In this document: piece by piece, positions 48,397 through 56,171 of the stretch | Layout of the letters: the number at the start of each line of letters is the position of its first letter | Position numbering within the stretch: position 1 is the stretch's first letter | IMG/VR virus record: IMGVR_UViG_3300035696_000020 | Span: 1 to 64,000 of that record | Direction: 5' to 3' (one strand) | Source of the DNA: a virus | Length of the DNA: 64,000 bases | Translations under genes and position numbers: made by a program | Notes under the pieces: generated by a model | Databases searched by the model: none | What the model saw: only the letters and a program-made list of their open reading frames with translations | Told to the model about the DNA's origin: nothing

Positions 48397-49143
48397 ATGA
48401 ACAGTGAAGCAAACAGTACTGTGGCTGGTATTCGGGTGTGCACTAAATGTGGCATTCCGAAGCCAGCTACAGTAGAATTTTTCGTGCCGCATTGGCGTGG
48501 TGACCTATTGCGAGGTCATTGCAGGGAATGTGAACGAGCGTATCAGGCTGCTTATCGTAAGCGTGACCCAGAAAAGTGGCGTGTTTACCATAAGAAGCGT
48601 TATCGGAAATATATCGAAAAGCCAGAGCAAAAAGAAAAAAGACTAGAAGCAGCAAGGGCTTACCATCACAAGAACAAAGAAAAGGCAAATGCGGCAAGTC
48701 GAGAATACTATAGGAAAAGGAAGGCCGCTGGGACTCTTTGGCAGACGAACGGATGGCCAAAAAGAAAAAGAAAACAATATCTTGAGACAAGGCGACTTGC
48801 GTATCAGAGGCGTAAACAGTCTCCTAGTTTTAGATTGCGCGATGCGATTAGTAGCGCGATGCATATTTGTCTTAAGGGGAAAAAAGAAGGGCAGAAATGG
48901 GAATCATTGGTTGGCTATTCTCTTGCAGAGTTAATTGTCCATCTAGAGCGCCAATTTACCGGAAAGATGAATTGGCAGAACTACGGGAAGTGGCACGTAG
49001 ACCATATCGTCCCGCTTTGCTCTTTTTCGTTTGAAACGCCGTCTGATCCAGATTTCAAGGCTGCGTGGGCGCTAACGAACCTGCGCCCGCTTTGGCGGAT
49101 ACCGAATATAAAGAAAGGTGGCAAAAGACTCCATCTTCTATGA
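48397..49143 (+). CDS. HNH-type homing endonuclease
   Basis: CTKC..CREC; HLE.QF...MNW.NYG.WHVDHI.P, NL.PLW...N..KG. Confidence 0.88.
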   Translation: MNSEANSTVAGIRVCTKCGIPKPATVEFFVPHWRGDLLRGHCRECERAYQAAYRKRDPEKWRVYHKKRYRKYIEKPEQKEKRLEAARAYHHKNKEKANAASREYYRKRKAAGTLWQTNGWPKRKRKQYLETRRLAYQRRKQSPSFRLRDAISSAMHICLKGKKEGQKWESLVGYSLAELIVHLERQFTGKMNWQNYGKWHVDHIVPLCSFSFETPSDPDFKAAWALTNLRPLWRIPNIKKGGKRLHLL

Positions 49144-49250
49144 ATCAAGTGGGTGTCGCCCGAGCCCGCTTCCTTATCTGCCGTATCGGGGATTTAGGCA
49201 TGCGAGTCCGACGCAGAGCAGGCGATTATCGGGCGGCGGCAGAAATTCAG

Positions 49251-49328
49251 GCCGGCTTAGTTTCCAGATAGGCAAAACAGCGAGTTCGTACCTCGCAGTG
49301 GGTTGTTCAAGTCAACCAGTCGGCTCCA
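49251..49328 (+). tRNA. tRNA-Thr(CGT)
   Basis: GCGAG-TTCGTAC-CTCGC; CCA end. Confidence 0.8.
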
Positions 49329-49429
49329 AGATTTCTCACGGCCCCTGTTTGAGAGACTAAGGCCCCGTCTACGGACGGACGAGCCTAAAGGGGAAGGGAG
49401 GTAGATCGCCTCGCCGTTAGCGCAATTTC

Positions 49430-50290
49430 CTAGGTGCCTAAAAAAGGCGGTAGCGCCCGCCCCGTGAGAAAGCCAATTCCCTTGACTGGGAAGGATGACG
49501 CTGAACCTTTGGATAGAGGATCGTTAGACCTCGGGGCAGTACCGAGCTAGTCCACCACGAATACCATGGCAGTAAGCCGTTTTTATAGGACGGGGGATGC
49601 TCTTGGTTATCGCGCCATTGCGAAGTCGGAACAATGGAGTCGCAGTAACGTGGTATTCCTGATGGGCTAGAAATAGGATCGATAGCGATACGAAACCCAA
49701 AGCTGTGTCCGGTAGGCACCGATATTTGCCAGACGTTACGAGGATAGACAAGAATGGCTTTAACACCTTCACAAAGGGTAAGTTTGTGGCGTAAAAACAA
49801 CCTAGAGAAAGCTCGCGAAATAGATAGAAGGTACAGAGCGAAGTACAAAGAGAAATATGGGTTTCTCCCTTCTACTAAGTCCGTGCGAAAAGCGAGACAA
49901 CTTAATCCTGCCAAATTGCTTCTTAAGTCTGCCAAAAATAGGGCTAAGCAAAAAGGTATTCCGTTTAATATTACGGAAGAGGATATTCCTATACCTGAAT
50001 TTTGCCCAATCTTGAAGGTAAAGATCGAACTTGAACCGTTTCGACACAGACATGGGCCTTCAATAGATAGAAAGATTCCATCCTTAGGGTATGTAAAGGG
50101 GAATGTGGCAGTCATATCCATGCGAGCTAATCTCATGAAAAGAAATTACACTCTAGATTTTTTTGAAGCCGTTGTTGCCTATCTTCGTAGCGAATAACAT
50201 ACGCCAACGACAACGTTGACATGGATGCGGTTCGCCTCGCGGCGTAACCAATCCGGGGGACGGGGCACCTAGCAACAGAACGCCCCAACC
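49430..50290 (+). ncRNA. ssrA: Two-piece (circularly permuted) tmRNA, coding piece interrupted by an ORF
   Basis: Acceptor end CTCGGGGCAGTACCGAG-CTAGTCC-ACCA (to 49557); 5' end GGGCTAGAAATAGGATCGA (49664), G3.U70; tag ANDNVDMDAVRLAA* 50203-50247; GGCACCTAG pairs with CTAGGTGCC. 5' boundary uncertain. Confidence 0.9.
49754..50197 (+). CDS. HNH-like homing endonuclease inside tmRNA
   Basis: AK.RAK.KG.PF.I, CPIL, PSIDR..P..GYV.GNV.VIS..AN.MK. Confidence 0.85.
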   Translation: MALTPSQRVSLWRKNNLEKAREIDRRYRAKYKEKYGFLPSTKSVRKARQLNPAKLLLKSAKNRAKQKGIPFNITEEDIPIPEFCPILKVKIELEPFRHRHGPSIDRKIPSLGYVKGNVAVISMRANLMKRNYTLDFFEAVVAYLRSE

Positions 50291-50368
50291 TATCCGACGC
50301 GACACCTGCCGGGGCTGTGATGGCCGCAAGGAGTGGTGTGACAGCCTAGAGAGCGAGGTCTAAGATTG

Positions 50369-50443
50369 GCCCGGTTAGTTCAGTGATAGAACGTCTGTTT
50401 TGTACTCAGAATGTCGGGGGTTTGATTCCTCCACCGGGCTCCA
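50369..50443 (+). tRNA. tRNA-Thr(TGT)
   Basis: Cloverleaf, loop TTTGTAC, CCA. Confidence 0.85.
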
Positions 50444-50491
50444 CTGCCGTTGGTCTCCCAACCGATCTGACACGGAGACATCTGGCCCAGC

Positions 50492-50548
50492 ATTCTTGCG
50501 GCTGACGAAGCATCGGAAGATGCAGAAACCGTTCAGGTTCCGCGGAGT
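50492..50548 (+). ncRNA. Candidate type I hammerhead ribozyme
   Basis: GCGG-CTGACGA-a-GCATC/GATGC-a-GAAA-CC/GG-T-T-CCGC. Confidence 0.55.
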
Positions 50549-50589
50549 CCTCCCCGCTGGGGAATAAATGAGGACCTAGGATCGGTATT

Positions 50590-50663
50590 GCTCCCGTAGT
50601 ATAGTGGCATTACATCACTCTGGTACAGTGGTAACGGCTGTCCGATTCAGCCCAGGAGCACCA
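50590..50663 (+). tRNA. tRNA-Thr(GGT)
   Basis: Loop CTGGTAC, ACCA. Confidence 0.8.
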
Positions 50664-50669
50664 TTTCTA

Positions 50670-50752
50670 GGGCCAGTGGTGAAATTGGCGATACACGTCG
50701 GATTTAGATTCCGATGACGCAAGTCGTGGGGGTTCGAGTCCCTCCTGGCCTA
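50670..50752 (+). tRNA. tRNA-Leu(TAG)
   Basis: TCGGA-TTTAGAT-TCCGA, long variable arm, no encoded CCA. Confidence 0.85.
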
Positions 50753-50759
50753 GAAGTTA

Positions 50760-50844
50760 GTCCCGATGATGGAATTGGCAGACATGCGGGCTTCAAATAC
50801 CCGTGCCGAAAGGCGTGCAAGATCGTGGCTTGCTCGGGACACCA
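50760..50844 (+). tRNA. tRNA-Leu(CAA)
   Basis: Loop TTCAAAT, long variable arm, ACCA. Confidence 0.8.
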
Positions 50845-50914
50845 CACCACTTGTAATAGAACCACCGGAACATTACATGAACGGTGTAACGTTTAGAGTC
50901 GGGGGCTTCTGTGA

Positions 50915-51532
50915 ATGTCTACTAGACCAAGGGGGTTGGCTAAGGAAATTCGTGGTCTTCTATTAAGCGGAATGTCATCAGCAGATGTTAGAAGAAAACT
51001 TGGGGTCGGAAAGTCAACCGTTAGTTTCCACGCTCAGAAACTAGGACTTGGCGGGCGCCGTCATAAGAGAGATTGGAGCGATGTCCAGAAATTGCTTGAT
51101 GAGGGGCACACGGCCAGAAAAGTCATGGAACTTAGCGGGGTTAAATCGACTCCGTTTTATCTTGCTGTCAAAAGAGGTAAAATCACAGTCCCAACGAGGG
51201 AACACGCCCATTCTTGGCTAGGTCCAGAAGAACTCTCACAGAGATTGATGGGGAAGTCAGGTCGCGGTCCTCGTTACCGAATGAAGAAAAGGTTGCTAGA
51301 ATGTGGCGTGCTAGAGTACGAATGTAAAATTTGTGGTATTTCAGAGTGGAGGGGCGCACGCATTGATCTGAGGTTGGATCACATTGACGGTGACGGTACT
51401 AATTTTGCCATCGACAATCTTAGATTGTTATGCCCGAATTGTGATAGCCAGCAAGACACTTATTGTCACAAGCACCCAAAATCTAAAAGTAGTATGCGGG
51501 AGTGGTGGAATAGCAAGACACAGCCGCCTTAA
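50915..51532 (+). CDS. HTH + HNH homing endonuclease
   Basis: C..CGI.EW....L.LDHIDG...N....NLRLLCPNC.SQ. Confidence 0.88.
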   Translation: MSTRPRGLAKEIRGLLLSGMSSADVRRKLGVGKSTVSFHAQKLGLGGRRHKRDWSDVQKLLDEGHTARKVMELSGVKSTPFYLAVKRGKITVPTREHAHSWLGPEELSQRLMGKSGRGPRYRMKKRLLECGVLEYECKICGISEWRGARIDLRLDHIDGDGTNFAIDNLRLLCPNCDSQQDTYCHKHPKSKSSMREWWNSKTQPP

Positions 51533-51580
51533 GATCGGCCGACGAAAGTTATGCGGGTTGAAGTCCCGCTTCCCGCACCA
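51496..51580 (+). tRNA. tRNA-Leu(TAA)
   Basis: Loop CTTAAGA, long variable arm, ACCA. Confidence 0.8.
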
Positions 51581-51581
51581 T

Positions 51582-51655
51582 GGGAGATTAGCTTAATAGC
51601 AAAGCGCCTGCTTTACACGCAGGATTCGGCGGGGCAGTACCGTCATCTCCTACCA
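51582..51655 (+). tRNA. tRNA-Val(TAC)
   Basis: CCTGC-TTTACAC-GCAGG, ACCA. Confidence 0.88.
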
Positions 51656-51660
51656 TTTAC

Positions 51661-51733
51661 GCGGTGATAGGTTAGTGGCAAACCATCGCTTCGACATAGC
51701 GAGATCAAGGGTTCGATTCCCTTAACCGCACCA
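51661..51733 (+). tRNA. tRNA-Val(GAC)
   Basis: TCGCT-TCGACAT-AGCGA, ACCA. Confidence 0.85.
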
Positions 51734-51835
51734 CCTTAGCTTTGCTGGCAAAACCGCGTCACTAGGCGCGTACCTAGCTGTAGGGTCATACCAGCCCGCA
51801 CGGGCAAAGATACAGTCAAGGCTATCCATTTTCAC

Positions 51836-51909
51836 GGTCTCGTAGCTCAGTGGCAGAGCCGGCGCTTGATAGGCGTCTGACGCAAGTTCGATTCTTGACG
51901 GGACTACCA
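51836..51909 (+). tRNA. tRNA-Ile(GAT)
   Basis: GGCGC-TTGATAG-GCGTC, ACCA. Confidence 0.85.
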
Positions 51910-52028
51910 ATCACCGTGGCCGCTCGCATGACCGTTCCGAGAGGTAAAAGCAAAGGTCGTTAATCATTGCTGCCACAACTTGAAGGACACCAACGTATGA
52001 GTGACTATCTCAAACGCAGGGGCATTAC

Positions 52029-52111
52029 GGACCCCGAGCGTAGTCAGCCTGGATCGGCCGGGCAATGGGCCTTTAACCCATCCGCATGAAGTTCGAGCCT
52101 TCCGGGGTTCA
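52029..52111 (+). tRNA. Atypical tRNA-Lys(TTT)
   Basis: ATGGG-CCTTTAA-CCCAT; 8 bp acceptor, 4 bp T stem, enlarged D region. Confidence 0.55.
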
Positions 52112-52112
52112 C

Positions 52113-52189
52113 GGGTAACTAGCTTAAATTGGCAGAGCGACGGTCCCTTAAACCGTTAGGTCCCAGATCATGGCTGGGGTTACCCTCCA
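52113..52189 (+). tRNA. tRNA-Lys(CTT)
   Basis: ACGGT-CCCTTAA-ACCGT, CCA. Confidence 0.85.
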
Positions 52190-52224
52190 ACTATCGCGTA
52201 CCTCAAGTACGTCAAAGTTAGAAT

Positions 52225-52299
52225 GCTCCGTTACGCATCTGGTGAGGCGGCACGTCTGTCTAACGTGTGAGAGGGGGTCAGAACCCCTACGGAGCGCCA
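52225..52299 (+). tRNA. tRNA-Asp(GTC)
   Basis: CACGT-CTGTCTA-ACGTG, GCCA. Confidence 0.85.
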
Positions 52300-52390
52300 A
52301 TTATGAAAACCGAGTTCGAATATGTGGCATGGTGGCTGAATGCGCTGATGAAGCCTGCGCCACCTAAGCCTGGGGTGTTTGAGGTGCTAC

Positions 52391-52468
52391 GGTCGTCTAG
52401 CTTAATCGGTAAAAAGCCCGCGCCTCATAAGCGCAGTGATTCAGGTTCGAGCCCTGAGACGACTACCA
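52391..52468 (+). tRNA. tRNA-CAT (Met or Ile2)
   Basis: Loop CTCATAA, ACCA. Confidence 0.85.
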
Positions 52469-52485
52469 CTCTATGAGTTATAGCC

Positions 52486-52836
52486 ATGAAGATCATAGCT
52501 CACCTATTCGAACAGCCTGGGTCGCCATTGATCCGCCTATTTATCCACGATGCACCGCACAGACGGATGCACCGCAAAGTCTTGCAGCAATACCGAGAGT
52601 ACCTGCATAAGGCGATTGCCAAAACAGGGCTAAGGATGCCCTATCTAGGCCCGATTGAGTTATCGATCGTGTATGTCAATCCAACATCGCCGGATATAGG
52701 CAATTTATACAGTTGCACGGAGAGGTGTTTCGATGGCAAAGCCCTTGACCCACCTTATATCTTGGCAGATGATAGCCAGATACAGGTGCTTCACCATGTT
52801 TCGAAGATGTATACAGGTGGGGTGACAGAGAAATAA
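52486..52836 (+). CDS. RusA-like resolvase
   Basis: PD.GNL.....FD.......L.DDSQI. Confidence 0.7.
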   Translation: MKIIAHLFEQPGSPLIRLFIHDAPHRRMHRKVLQQYREYLHKAIAKTGLRMPYLGPIELSIVYVNPTSPDIGNLYSCTERCFDGKALDPPYILADDSQIQVLHHVSKMYTGGVTEK

Positions 52837-52913
52837 CGTAACATAGCTCAACTGAATAGAGCGCAGCCCTCCGAAGGCTGGAGATGCGGGTTTGAGTCCT
52901 GCTGTTACGACCA
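52837..52913 (+). tRNA. tRNA-Arg(CCG)
   Basis: CAGCC-CTCCGAA-GGCTG, ACCA. Confidence 0.88.
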
Positions 52914-52925
52914 ACTTAGGAGGGG

Positions 52926-53708
52926 ATGATGACGGCACGCGAGGTTGCACTAGACAATGAAATCCTGCGCGGGGTTGTCGGTTCGACGGCCCATGGTACG
53001 GCAATCGAAGGCCAAGACGATCGCGACGAAATGGGAGTGTTTATCGAGCCTCCCGAGTACGTGTGTGGTCTGACGCCCTGCGATCATTACATCTATCGGG
53101 ATGCAGCCGAAGGAGAGCGTAGCAAGCCAGGAGATTTAGACTTGACGCTCTACAGCCTGCGCAAGTTCTGCCGGCTAGCGACGCAGGGTAACCCAAGTGT
53201 GATAATTCTTCTATGGCTGCCACAGCATCTCATAGAGAAAACGTTAGGGCTTTCGCTAAAGTTGATGCGGTCTGCCTTCATCAGTAGAGAATCCGGCAAG
53301 CGGTTCCTAGGCTACCTCGTCGCCCAGAAGATGAAGTTGAAAGGCGAGCGCGCCCATACGGTCAATCGGCCTGAATTGGTCGAAAAGTACGGTTACGACA
53401 CAAAGTTTGCGATGCATGCTCTCCGATTGGGGTTCGAAGGCATCCAACTGTTGACGGAACGCCGTCTGTCATTACCAGTCGAAGAGCCTAACCTGACGAC
53501 GCTTCGAGCGGTGCGGAGTGGACAGGTCAAGTTTGCCGAGGCGTTGCAGTTGATCGAGGACGCGGAGATCAAACTTCGTGGCTTGCTCGATAACTTCAAC
53601 GTTGAAGCAGATCGGGATGCAATCAACAGGTTCATGGTCGAGGCTCATCAAGAGCATTGGCAAAAGAATAAGGAAGGGTGGCCGAGTGGCTTAAGGCAGC
53701 AATCTTGA
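52926..53708 (+). CDS. Pol-beta superfamily nucleotidyltransferase (YcgL/RlaP-like)
   Basis: GS.AHG......D.DE.GVF, KF..LA..GNP, GYDTKFAMH..RL. Confidence 0.88.
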   Translation: MMTAREVALDNEILRGVVGSTAHGTAIEGQDDRDEMGVFIEPPEYVCGLTPCDHYIYRDAAEGERSKPGDLDLTLYSLRKFCRLATQGNPSVIILLWLPQHLIEKTLGLSLKLMRSAFISRESGKRFLGYLVAQKMKLKGERAHTVNRPELVEKYGYDTKFAMHALRLGFEGIQLLTERRLSLPVEEPNLTTLRAVRSGQVKFAEALQLIEDAEIKLRGLLDNFNVEADRDAINRFMVEAHQEHWQKNKEGWPSGLRQQS

Positions 53709-53759
53709 AAATTGAAGGCCCGAAAGGGTCCGTGGGTTCAAATCCTACCCCTTCCGCCA
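53672..53759 (+). tRNA. tRNA-Ser(TGA)
   Basis: Loop CTTGAAA, long variable arm, GCCA. Confidence 0.9.
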
Positions 53760-53925
53760 AAATTTATGAGCTTGTGTCCGTGCTTGCCCTTTACGATCCT
53801 GGTTGCAAACAGGGGAGAGGTAGACGGAGTGGTTAGGAGCGATCGTCAGGCATAGTTCCTAGCTCTGTATCTGAGACAGACAAAGAGTGGAGTGATGGCC
53901 CTATACTCAGAACCATCAACTATTA

Positions 53926-54002
53926 TGCGCCGGTGGAGCAGAAGCTAGCTCGTTTGCCTCATAAGCAAAAGGTCGGAGGTGCAAGTCCTTCCCGCGCAAC
54001 CA
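53926..54002 (+). tRNA. tRNA-Met(CAT), fMet-like D arm
   Basis: TTTGC-CTCATAA-GCAAA; GTGGAGCAG..TAGCTC; ACCA. Confidence 0.8.
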
Positions 54003-54005
54003 ATT

Positions 54006-54076
54006 GGGTGAGCCTCTGGGAGGGGCCGGCTCTGTAAAAGCACGCCAGCGGTGTTCGATTCACCGATCACCCACCA
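54006..54076 (+). tRNA. tRNA-Tyr(GTA), short variable arm
   Basis: Loop CTGTAAA, CGGTG-TTCGATT-CACCG, ACCA. Confidence 0.65.
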
Positions 54077-54097
54077 TATGTAAAAAGGACAAAATCA

Positions 54098-54574
54098 TTG
54101 TTTGGAAGAGCCAAAAATACGAAACAAAAAGGTAATGTTGGAATTGGGGTTGCGATATCACATTATCTTTCTGAGATGTGTACCGTATCGATACCAATAA
54201 ATGATAGCCAAGATTACGATTTGGTTGTGGAAAAGGGTGGAATGCTTTTTAAGGTGCAAGTAAAGACAGCGGAAAGTAAAAGCAAAAGCGGTAAAATGTT
54301 TAGGGTTTGGCTATCTGTTCAGGGTGGTAACCGCAAGAAAAACTATATAAGTAAGTTGGGATCAGACTTGATATATGACATTCTATTCGTGGTTACTTCC
54401 GATGGTGAAAGATACGAGATTCCTCGTAGTGCCATCAGCCATATAAATCGCGTTATAGAAGTACCAGGAAAGTACATACAATACCGATGCGGGCGTAGCT
54501 TGACGGTCGAGCATATCAGCGCCACTGATAAGGCCCGGTTTCAATTACCGGCGCCCGCACCAAAAGAAGCCTGA
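54098..54574 (+). CDS. PD-(D/E)XK homing endonuclease (I-Ssp6803I-like)
   Basis: K.KG..G, VSIP..D...YDLVV.......VQVKT. Confidence 0.85.
   Translation: MFGRAKNTKQKGNVGIGVAISHYLSEMCTVSIPINDSQDYDLVVEKGGMLFKVQVKTAESKSKSGKMFRVWLSVQGGNRKKNYISKLGSDLIYDILFVVTSDGERYEIPRSAISHINRVIEVPGKYIQYRCGRSLTVEHISATDKARFQLPAPAPKEA
54489..54562 (+). tRNA. tRNA-Gly(GCC)
   Basis: GCGGGCG acceptor, TATCA-GCGCCAC-TGATA, ACCA. Confidence 0.75.
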
Positions 54575-54644
54575 GAAGATAACTTAGTAGAATCGCCAGA
54601 CTGAAAATCTGGAGGACGCCGGGCGGAACGGCGCTCAGGCACCA
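54569..54644 (+). tRNA. tRNA-Phe(GAA)
   Basis: CCAGA-CTGAAAA-TCTGG, ACCA. Confidence 0.85.
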
Positions 54645-54650
54645 AATTAC

Positions 54651-54725
54651 GGGGGTATAGCTCAATGGCAGAGCCCTCGCCTTGCAAGCGATAGACGGCG
54701 GTTCGACTTCCGCCTGCCTCCACCA
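54651..54725 (+). tRNA. tRNA-Ala(TGC)
   Basis: G3.U70, loop CTTGCAA, ACCA. Confidence 0.9.
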
Positions 54726-54730
54726 AGTTT

Positions 54731-54805
54731 TCCAGGGTCGACTAACGGAAAGTCCCGATGCTGTTAACATCGCCAATGGGTGTTCGAATCACTCCCCTGG
54801 AGCCA
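54731..54805 (+). tRNA. tRNA-Asn(GTT)
   Basis: CGATG-CTGTTAA-CATCG, GCCA. Confidence 0.88.
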
Positions 54806-54809
54806 ATAC

Positions 54810-54883
54810 GCGGCCATCTTCTAACGGTAGGAACCTCGGCTCTCATCCGAGAAACGGGAGATCGTCACTCCCTGGCCGCGCCA
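54810..54883 (+). tRNA. tRNA-Glu(CTC)
   Basis: CTCGG-CTCTCAT-CCGAG, GCCA. Confidence 0.85.
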
Positions 54884-54889
54884 AGTATC

Positions 54890-54966
54890 CCTCCCGTAGC
54901 TCAATGGACAGAGCACCACTCTACGAAAGTGGGTTTGTGCGTGTTCGACTCACGCCGGGAGGTCCA
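54890..54966 (+). tRNA. tRNA-Arg(ACG)
   Basis: CCACT-CTACGAA-AGTGG, CCA. Confidence 0.9.
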
Positions 54967-55053
54967 TTATTTGTGCAATATGTGGGGTTGCGCGGATTGC
55001 TGCGGTGCGGTATAATGCGGATTCGCAATCTCGCGAAGGAAAAAGGACTTGAA

Positions 55054-55167
55054 ATGAGACTGATTTTTGCTATTGTAATGAGCCTTGTTGTTGCGGTGCC
55101 GGCATTTGCGGGGACCAAGCATCAGGTCGATGTGGATGCGCGCGATCGGCACGACAGCCACTTCTAA
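55054..55167 (+). CDS. Small secreted peptide within tRNA array
   Basis: TTGCGC-N17-TATAAT promoter, AAGGA RBS, signal peptide ..PAFA-GTKHQVDVDARDRHDSHF. Confidence 0.55.
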   Translation: MRLIFAIVMSLVVAVPAFAGTKHQVDVDARDRHDSHF

Positions 55168-55175
55168 ACGAATAA

Positions 55176-55254
55176 CTGCCATTAGGGGAGTCTGGCCGTC
55201 CCCGCAACCCTTGGAAGGTTGAAATCCGAGGTTCAAATCCTCGATGGCAGACCA
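55176..55254 (+). tRNA. tRNA-Pro(TGG)
   Basis: CAACC-CTTGGAA-GGTTG, ACCA. Confidence 0.88.
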
Positions 55255-55258
55255 CTAT

Positions 55259-55334
55259 AGGGAATTAGCTCAGTTGGAAGAGCGCCGCTCTCTGAAAGCG
55301 GAGGTGCTTGGATCGAAGCCAAGATTCCCTGCCA
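55259..55334 (+). tRNA. tRNA-Gln(CTG)
   Basis: CCGCT-CTCTGAA-AGCGG, GCCA. Confidence 0.88.
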
Positions 55335-55339
55335 ACAAT

Positions 55340-55413
55340 GACGGCATGGCCGAGCGTCCAGGCTGGTGGCTGCAACCCACCCTAGGCAAGTTAAACTCTT
55401 GCTGCCGTCTCCA
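55340..55413 (+). tRNA. tRNA-Cys(GCA)
   Basis: GGTGG-CTGCAAC-CCACC, TCCA. Confidence 0.88.
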
Positions 55414-55417
55414 ATAT

Positions 55418-55492
55418 GCTCCGGTGGTCCAAAGGATGGTCGCCACTCTTCTAAAGTGGTTTTTTATGCTGGTTCGAGTCCAGCCCGGAGTG
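55418..55492 (+). tRNA. tRNA-Arg(TCT)
   Basis: CCACT-CTTCTAA-AGTGG, no encoded CCA. Confidence 0.85.
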
Positions 55493-55493
55493 C

Positions 55494-55567
55494 GGTCGCG
55501 TAGCCTAGCGGACGAGGCACCCTTCTCCTAAAAGGGATTTACGGATGTTCGACTCATCCCGCGACCT
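55494..55567 (+). tRNA. tRNA-Arg(CCT)
   Basis: CCCTT-CTCCTAA-AAGGG, no encoded CCA. Confidence 0.85.
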
Positions 55568-55576
55568 CTAAATTAC

Positions 55577-55661
55577 GGAAAGTTAAGCCGGCAGGGCCGG
55601 TCCTGCTTTGCTAAAGCAAGGGTGGGCGCAAGTCCATGGGAATCGTGTTCTCAGCTTTCCG
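55577..55661 (+). tRNA. tRNA-Ser(GCT)
   Basis: Loop TTGCTAA, long variable arm, G73. Confidence 0.8.
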
Positions 55662-55662
55662 C

Positions 55663-55736
55663 GCGGGCGTGGCGTAACAGCAACGTACTAGTCTTCCAAA
55701 CTAGGGTCCTCGGGGCAGCACCGAGCGTCCGCACCA
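55663..55736 (+). tRNA. tRNA-Gly(TCC)
   Basis: CTAGT-CTTCCAA-ACTAG, ACCA. Confidence 0.85.
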
Positions 55737-55858
55737 AATTTACCGTTCGGGTTCCCGCTCGGTAAGATCGGCCAAAAGATCGGCCATTGTTCCCGTTCGG
55801 GAATAGCGGTGTCAGAAAGTGATAGGACTAGTCTCCTAAAAGTGCATGAATTTTCAAT

Positions 55859-55935
55859 GGACCCTTCGTCTAGTCGGCCGAGGATACCTGATTTTCACTC
55901 AGGAGACGCGAGATCGTGCCTCGCAGGGTCTACCA
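55859..55935 (+). tRNA. tRNA-Glu(TTC)
   Basis: CCTGA-TTTTCAC-TCAGG, ACCA. Confidence 0.88.
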
Positions 55936-55937
55936 AT

Positions 55938-56010
55938 AGGCAAGTAGCTCAACTGGCAGAGCATTCCGCTTTGAACGGAAAGGTTGGGGTTTCGATCACC
56001 TCCTTGCCTG
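55938..56010 (+). tRNA. tRNA-Gln(TTG)
   Basis: TTCCG-CTTTGAA-CGGAA, no encoded CCA. Confidence 0.85.
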
Positions 56011-56011
56011 C

Positions 56012-56086
56012 GGCGGCAGTTCGGTAGGCGAACAGGTGTTGCTCATAACGACACATAGGCGAGTTCGACCCTCGCAGCCGCTACCA
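56012..56086 (+). tRNA. tRNA-CAT (Met or Ile2), atypical D arm
   Basis: TGTTG-CTCATAA-CGACA, GCGAG-TTCGACC-CTCGC, ACCA. Confidence 0.7.
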
Positions 56087-56091
56087 GTTAC

Positions 56092-56165
56092 GCCATTGTA
56101 GTTTAACGGTAAAACGCCTCGCTGTGGACGAGGAAACCGTGGTTCGACACCACGCCTTGGTGCCA
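56092..56165 (+). tRNA. tRNA-His(GTG)
   Basis: CCTCG-CTGTGGA-CGAGG, GCCA, no G-1. Confidence 0.85.
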
Positions 56166-56171
56166 AAATAT

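Noticed and set aside
49438-50136. 232 aa minus-strand ORF
   Set aside because: It is antisense to the endonuclease and tmRNA, with no recognisable motifs.
49735-50202. Group I intron around the tmRNA-embedded endonuclease
   Set aside because: Only ~20 nt upstream and 5 nt downstream flank the ORF, with no room for or sign of a P3-P7 core. A covariance search is still needed.
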